In this document: in pieces, positions 59,979 through 64,000 of the stretch
Numbering within the stretch: position 1 is the stretch's first letter
Layout of the letters: the number at the start of each line of letters is the position of its first letter
Source: Podarcis erhardii
Lineage: Eukaryota
Direction: 5' to 3' (one strand)
DNA length: 64,000 nucleotides
Assembly: GCA_964252035.1 (NCBI GenBank)
Contig: OZ176203.1
Made by a program: the position numbers and the translations under genes
Notes under the pieces: generated by a model
Databases searched by the model: none
Seen by the model: the letters and a program-made list of their open reading frames with translations, nothing else
Told to the model about the DNA's origin: nothing

Positions 59979-61439
59979 TATTATTTATACCCCGCCCTCC
60001 CCAGCCAAGGCCGGGCTCAGAGTGGCTTACAAGCAATAATAAAAACAAGATGAATGATTACAAACTTAAAACCAAAAATAAAATACAACATTAAGATAGA
60101 CAGACAGACCAACTGAGCTTTTCAAGTCTGATCCTGTTCTTTACAGCCATCATGTAAAGACGATAGGATAGCACTCTTTATGTAGTACATGAAACAAGAG
60201 ACAAATAGAAGTTGAACTAAGCCAGATAGGGCTTAGTGAGGTTTATCACATGGATTTATTGAAGAAGAAGGGGCAGGAGGAGCAAACTGGATTTGTTTTC
60301 TGCTCTGTACGATACAATATTGTACAATCAGCAGCGTGTCAGATGATTCAGATTTCTAGCTATTTTGAGAAGCTAGTGAAATTACTGGCATCATACTGCA
60401 CTATTGATCAACTCTGAGTAACTGCTGCATTCTATCTTGAAATGTCCAAACATTGTATACAGTGCTTTTTTTCTGCATACCATTGAGTACCCTCAGAAAA
60501 AAGCACTGTGTGTATGTGTTAAATGCCACTGTGATAGCCTTCAGAGCTATTAAACTCAAACTACACAGCATATATATTTTAGATTTTCCTTCAACCCTTT
60601 CTTATTTTAGAATATCTCCATGGCATCATAGAAAGGTTTCTGTTCCTGTGTATGAAACTTGCTTATGATTAATTCTTCATTATTTACTTGCTGTATGACA
60701 CTTATTATTTGTACTTGCTCTGCAGAGTATTGGGTTGAACGCAATCATGGGCATAGCCAAGGGGGGGTGGGGGTAGCAATACAAATAAATTTGGGGTAAC
60801 AATACAAATAAATACAAATCTGAGGTTCTGCCCCCCTAACAAAAATCCTGGCTACACCCATGTACCCAATGTTAGTGTTACTCAGAGGGGACCCGTTATA
60901 AATAACCTAGGTCTGCCCAGTATGTCTACTTTGAGTGCAACTGAGTTGGATATGGCCCATTGGTTATTATGGAATTATCTTTCTTTTCTTTTTTTGTCAC
61001 AGGAAGAGTAGTGAATGTCTCCAGTGTCGTGAGTGTCCGGGCATTAGCCATGTGCAGCCCAGAACTACAGCAGAAGTTTCGGAGTGAGACAATCACTGAA
61101 GAGGAACTAGTGAAACTCATGGAAAAATTTGTAGAAGACACCAAGAAGGGAGTGCATGAGAAGGAGGGCTGGCCAAATACAGCTTATGGGGTGACCAAAA
61201 TCGGGGTAACGGTTTTGTCCAGAATTCAAGCAAGGCGCCTGAATGAGACGAGGAAAGGTGATGGTATTCTCCTGAATGCCTGTTGCCCTGGGTGGGTCAG
61301 GACTGACATGGCAGGTCCTAAAGCCCCCAAATCTCCTGATGAGGGAGCTGAGACTCCAGTGTATTTGGCCCTTTTACCCCCGGGAGCCGATGGGCCCCAC
61401 GGGCAGTTTGTTAGTGACAAAACGGTTCAACCTTGGTGA
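55093..61439 (+). CDS. CBR1: Carbonyl reductase [NADPH] 1-like, paralog B (SDR family), 3 coding exons, 277 aa, intact
   Basis: Exons 55093-55381 (289 nt), 59664-59771 (108 nt), 61003-61439 (437 nt); GT-AG introns. TGSNKGIG, NNAG, N114/S140/Y194/K198, CCPGWVRTDMAG (Trp as in CBR1). Confidence 0.94.
55811..56049. mobile_element. Tigger-like MITE, copy 6 (CBR-B intron 1)
   Basis: Same TIRs and body, TA TSD. Confidence 0.9.
56557..56798. mobile_element. Tigger-like MITE, copy 7 (CBR-B intron 1)
   Basis: Same TIRs and body, TA TSD. Confidence 0.9.
57077..57850. mobile_element. Possible LTR-derived sequence in CBR-B intron 1
   Basis: Starts TGTGACAG; minus-strand TATA-like (AATATAAAAG, about 57560) and AGTAAA (about 57355) in LTR order; the other boundary and a TSD were not found. 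Confidence 0.3.
57978..58915. mobile_element. Non-autonomous Tc1/mariner-pogo superfamily (Tc2/Kanga-like) MITE carrying an internal hairpin array
   Basis: TIRs CCGTATTTTTCGTCCTATAGGAC / GTCCTATAGGGCGAAAAATACAG; TA duplication at 57976-57977 and 58916-58917; subterminal CCCATAGGACGCACC repeats. Confidence 0.88.
58167..58760. repeat. GC-rich tandem repeat, about 5 units of about 119 bp, each made of two hairpins
   Basis: The GCAGGCTGCTAT(C/T)C motif recurs at about 58221, 58333, 58452, 58571 and 58690 (spacings 112, 119, 119, 119). Confidence 0.92.
59664..59771 (+). CDS. CBR1: CBR paralog B coding exon 2 (VEDPTPFPTQADVSMKTNFFATRNICNELLPLIKPQ)
   Basis: Not in the ORF track; read by hand. 108 nt, AATAAAAAG| acceptor, G|GTGAGC donor, in frame with exons 1 and 3. 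Confidence 0.93.
59904..59980. repeat. (AAT)n immediately followed by (ATT)n
   Basis: Read directly. Confidence 0.9.
59950..60095 (-). mobile_element. L2-type 3' tail with (ATT)n expansion
   Basis: TTATTTATACCCCGCCCTCCCCAGCC…CTCAGAGTGGCTTACA, the reverse of the L2 tail. Confidence 0.65.
60746..60862. mobile_element. Small hAT-like MITE in CBR-B intron 2
   Basis: Termini CATGGGCATAGCCA / TGGCTACACCCATG. Confidence 0.6.
61003..61439 (+). CDS. CBR1: CBR paralog B coding exon 3 (GRVVNVSSVVSVRAL...VQPW*)
   Basis: Long polypyrimidine tract plus TCACAG| acceptor; YGVTK; TGA at 61437-61439. Confidence 0.95.
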
Positions 61440-61489
61440 ATTTTGGCATGTGCCCAATTTTATGGCACTCTATTCTAGTTGAGATCAGA

Positions 61490-61676
61490 CAGGCTACTGC
61501 TCCCTACTGAGCCTCCAGTGCCTACTGAAGACTAATTTTATTCCAGCAGGCATTTTAATTGTAGTTTTCTTTTATAGTTTTAACTGATTTTTATTTTTTA
61601 TATTCTTTGTAAATCACTTAAAGGCTATTGTAGTGAAGTGCTATATAAATTGTTTTAATAATAACAAATAAAATAA
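61490..61676 (+). mobile_element. L2 LINE 3' end just downstream of the CBR-B stop
   Basis: CTGAAGACTAATTTTATTCCAGCAGGCATTTT (degenerate LKT.LFQQAF end of L2 ORF2), T-rich UTR, …GCTATATAAAT…AAATAAAATAA tail. Confidence 0.6.
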
Positions 61677-63351
61677 CTGGAGCTTATCTGAGATACTGCA
61701 GCTGGCTCTTAATGAGTAGAGCTCTTGAAAAGAGGAGGATGGATGGGAAAAAAAATTAAGCTTCCCTTTTGCTCTGTGGTCAGTTACAATCACAATATTA
61801 ATTTAAACACTATACTACTCTGTACAACTTCACACGTAAGGAAACATGTACAAGTCTCTCACCCACATACACAAACACCTTCTGTCGCTACTCCCATGTG
61901 GTGGTTTTTTTTACATCTCTAGTGCTGCCTTCACCCTTAAAAAAAAATAGAGATGCTGGGTGTTTAAACCAGGGCCCATGCCCTGTAACCCCAGATTAAT
62001 AGGTGCCAGCTGTAGTTATTCAATGTGGAGGAAAATACAGACATAGCCAACATAGTTAAACAAAGTAAAATAAAGATCCCTGTCATATGAGCCCTTGCAT
62101 TGAAAACCAGCTGCTGGCTAAAATGATGCCCTATGATTAACCTCTTAATTCCTACTATTTTGTTATATCCCTCCTGTAAAAAAAAAAAAAGAAGTGGAGC
62201 CAAAAGCTTGCTGTTCCTTCTTTTACATCTCTGCTACTTGTAAGAAAATGAGAATGCAAAACCACTTTGCAGGAGAAATTAAATGCAATTATATTGGTAC
62301 GGCTAACCTATTCTATATATGTAACTCTAAATCAGGCAAATAGTATTTTACATGAACTTTTGTGAGATTTGAATAAATTATGAACTGTTACAATGACCTG
62401 CTTATTTAGAGCTTCTTAACATCATGATTAAAGTTTTTTTTATTAGGTTACTTTTTAAATATTCTTTGTTTCAAAGCCAAGTTACCGTATGATCAGCAAA
62501 CCAATCACAAACCCAGCTATCCATGTCCCTAAAGATCAAATCACCCACTACCATGGTCAGAAAAGGAAACCAGAACTGCTGCGTTAGGAGAAACAGGCAA
62601 GCTTTCCAGAGAAGCCCCCACCAGAATACTTCCCATCTCACTGATCTGTTCCAGCAGCTGGAGCAGATTTGCAGGATCAAAGCTGTTGGTGGAACAAAGA
62701 TTGAGTGGGATGCAATTATCATGTCCTATGAAGGTCTCATCTACAAACCTCTGTTTATCCAGGTCAACTACCTTGGTCCCAAGGGAGCAAACTAACTCCC
62801 TGAGGTCCAGGACTGATTTGCACTGAGTATCCCACCCCTGATTCTGTCCATCAGGAAGACATACAACATTCTGTGCTACACTGGATAGCTCCTACACCTC
62901 TGCTGGCATTCTACCAGCAGATATTGTTGTTGAGCGAGTTAATTTACTTGGGAACCTGGGGCTTGTAAGTTCACTAAGGGGAGGGACACAGTAGTCTGCC
63001 CTGTTGCTGAACTTGCTTGGCTGCCTTACTTTGGCTCAAGGCGCAGCTCTGACACTTGGGCACGCAGAAATGTATATTCAGCCTAGTCTCTCCTAGGTTC
63101 TACTTTTGTAGCCCTGGCTAAATTCCTCCAGCTGCTGATGCAGGAGGTCCTCATTTGAAAATCACAGAGAGCTGCTGCTCAGCTACTAGTTTCATCCAAT
63201 CCTAGTGAGCAGGAATATGAAAGGTGGGTTAGGTTAATATACATACAGTATGTGTGTGTTATTTCTGAGCAATGAATTATTCAAGGGATACAACAGTCAC
63301 GCAAGGTTCAGCTCACTGGAGGCTGTGATATTTTTTGCAATTTATGGTTTA

Positions 63352-63593
63352 CAGTGGTACCTCAGGTTAAGTACTGAATTCATTCCGGAGGTCCGTTCTT
63401 AACCTGAAACTGTTCTTAACCTGAAGCACCACTTTAGCTAATGGGGCCTCCAGCTGCTGCCACACTGCCGGAGCACGATTTCTGTTCTCATCCTGAAGCA
63501 AAGTTCTTAACCTGGGGTACTATTTCTGGGTTAGCGGAGTCTGTAACCTGAAGTGTATGTAACCTGAAGCATATGTAACCTGAGGTACCACTG
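63352..63593. mobile_element. Tigger-like MITE, copy 8
   Basis: Same TIRs and body, TA TSD. Confidence 0.9.
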
Positions 63594-64000
63594 TATTTAT
63601 AAAGTGGTTTACAAAAAAACCAAAAGTAGCTCTAAAAATCTACAACCATAGTTAAAACATACAAGTCCAGTGTAGTAGTAGTAGTAGTAGTAATACTAAA
63701 AAAGGGAAATCCAAATTCTTCCCCAACCCCCAAAGCACAATCCTCAATTTTGCCAATAGTGAAACATCAGGTAACATTTGCTCTTGCTCTCTTATTGTGG
63801 AATTAGCTGCCCACATGCCCCAAACAGGAAAAGCCAATGGCGGGTAGCACGGAGTAGTGACTGAGCGGAGAAAACACAGCATAGAAATATTTCATCAGGG
63901 GCCACCCACTGGTGGCTGGGGAAGTAACGGAATACCTATGCAAAACCGATGACTAAACAAATGTGTGGACAGCAACATGTCAGTCATACGTAGATAAAAA

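Noticed and set aside
60460-60508. 49-bp inverted repeat CAGTGCTTTTTTTCTG…CAGAAAAAAGCACTG
   Set aside because: Most simply the two TIRs of a collapsed hAT-type MITE; too short to argue a function.

Overview
Vertebrate genomic DNA, almost certainly a squamate and probably a lacertid lizard (Sauria SINE, a CTT-tailed Squam3-like SINE, BovB, CR1, L2, Penelope ends, Tigger-like and hAT MITEs). Positions 1 to about 34 kb have no recognisable protein-coding gene; in amniotes this side of SETD4 is the gene desert towards RUNX1. An intact 10-coding-exon SETD4 (441 aa) lies on the minus strand at 34658-45462. A CpG island at about 46930-47530 separates it from two intact tandem CBR1-like carbonyl reductases on the plus strand: paralog A at 48778-50527 (276 aa) and paralog B at 55093-61439 (277 aa). 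Three observations stand out. (1) The CBR paralogs are a sharp mosaic: about 93-94% identical over exon 1 and the core of exon 3, but only 57-72% over exon 2, the segment around the catalytic Ser and the C-terminus. This suggests ancient duplicates under segmental gene conversion that spares substrate-pocket segments. (2) A Tc2-like MITE in CBR-B intron 1 carries a 119-bp tandem array of two alternating ~57-nt GC-rich hairpins, with compensatory changes between unit subtypes. (3) A Penelope-derived perfect 86-bp-arm palindrome folds back exactly at a hammerhead-ribozyme-like core. All coordinates and identities were counted by hand. Family names and mammalian or bird comparisons are from memory and need database confirmation.
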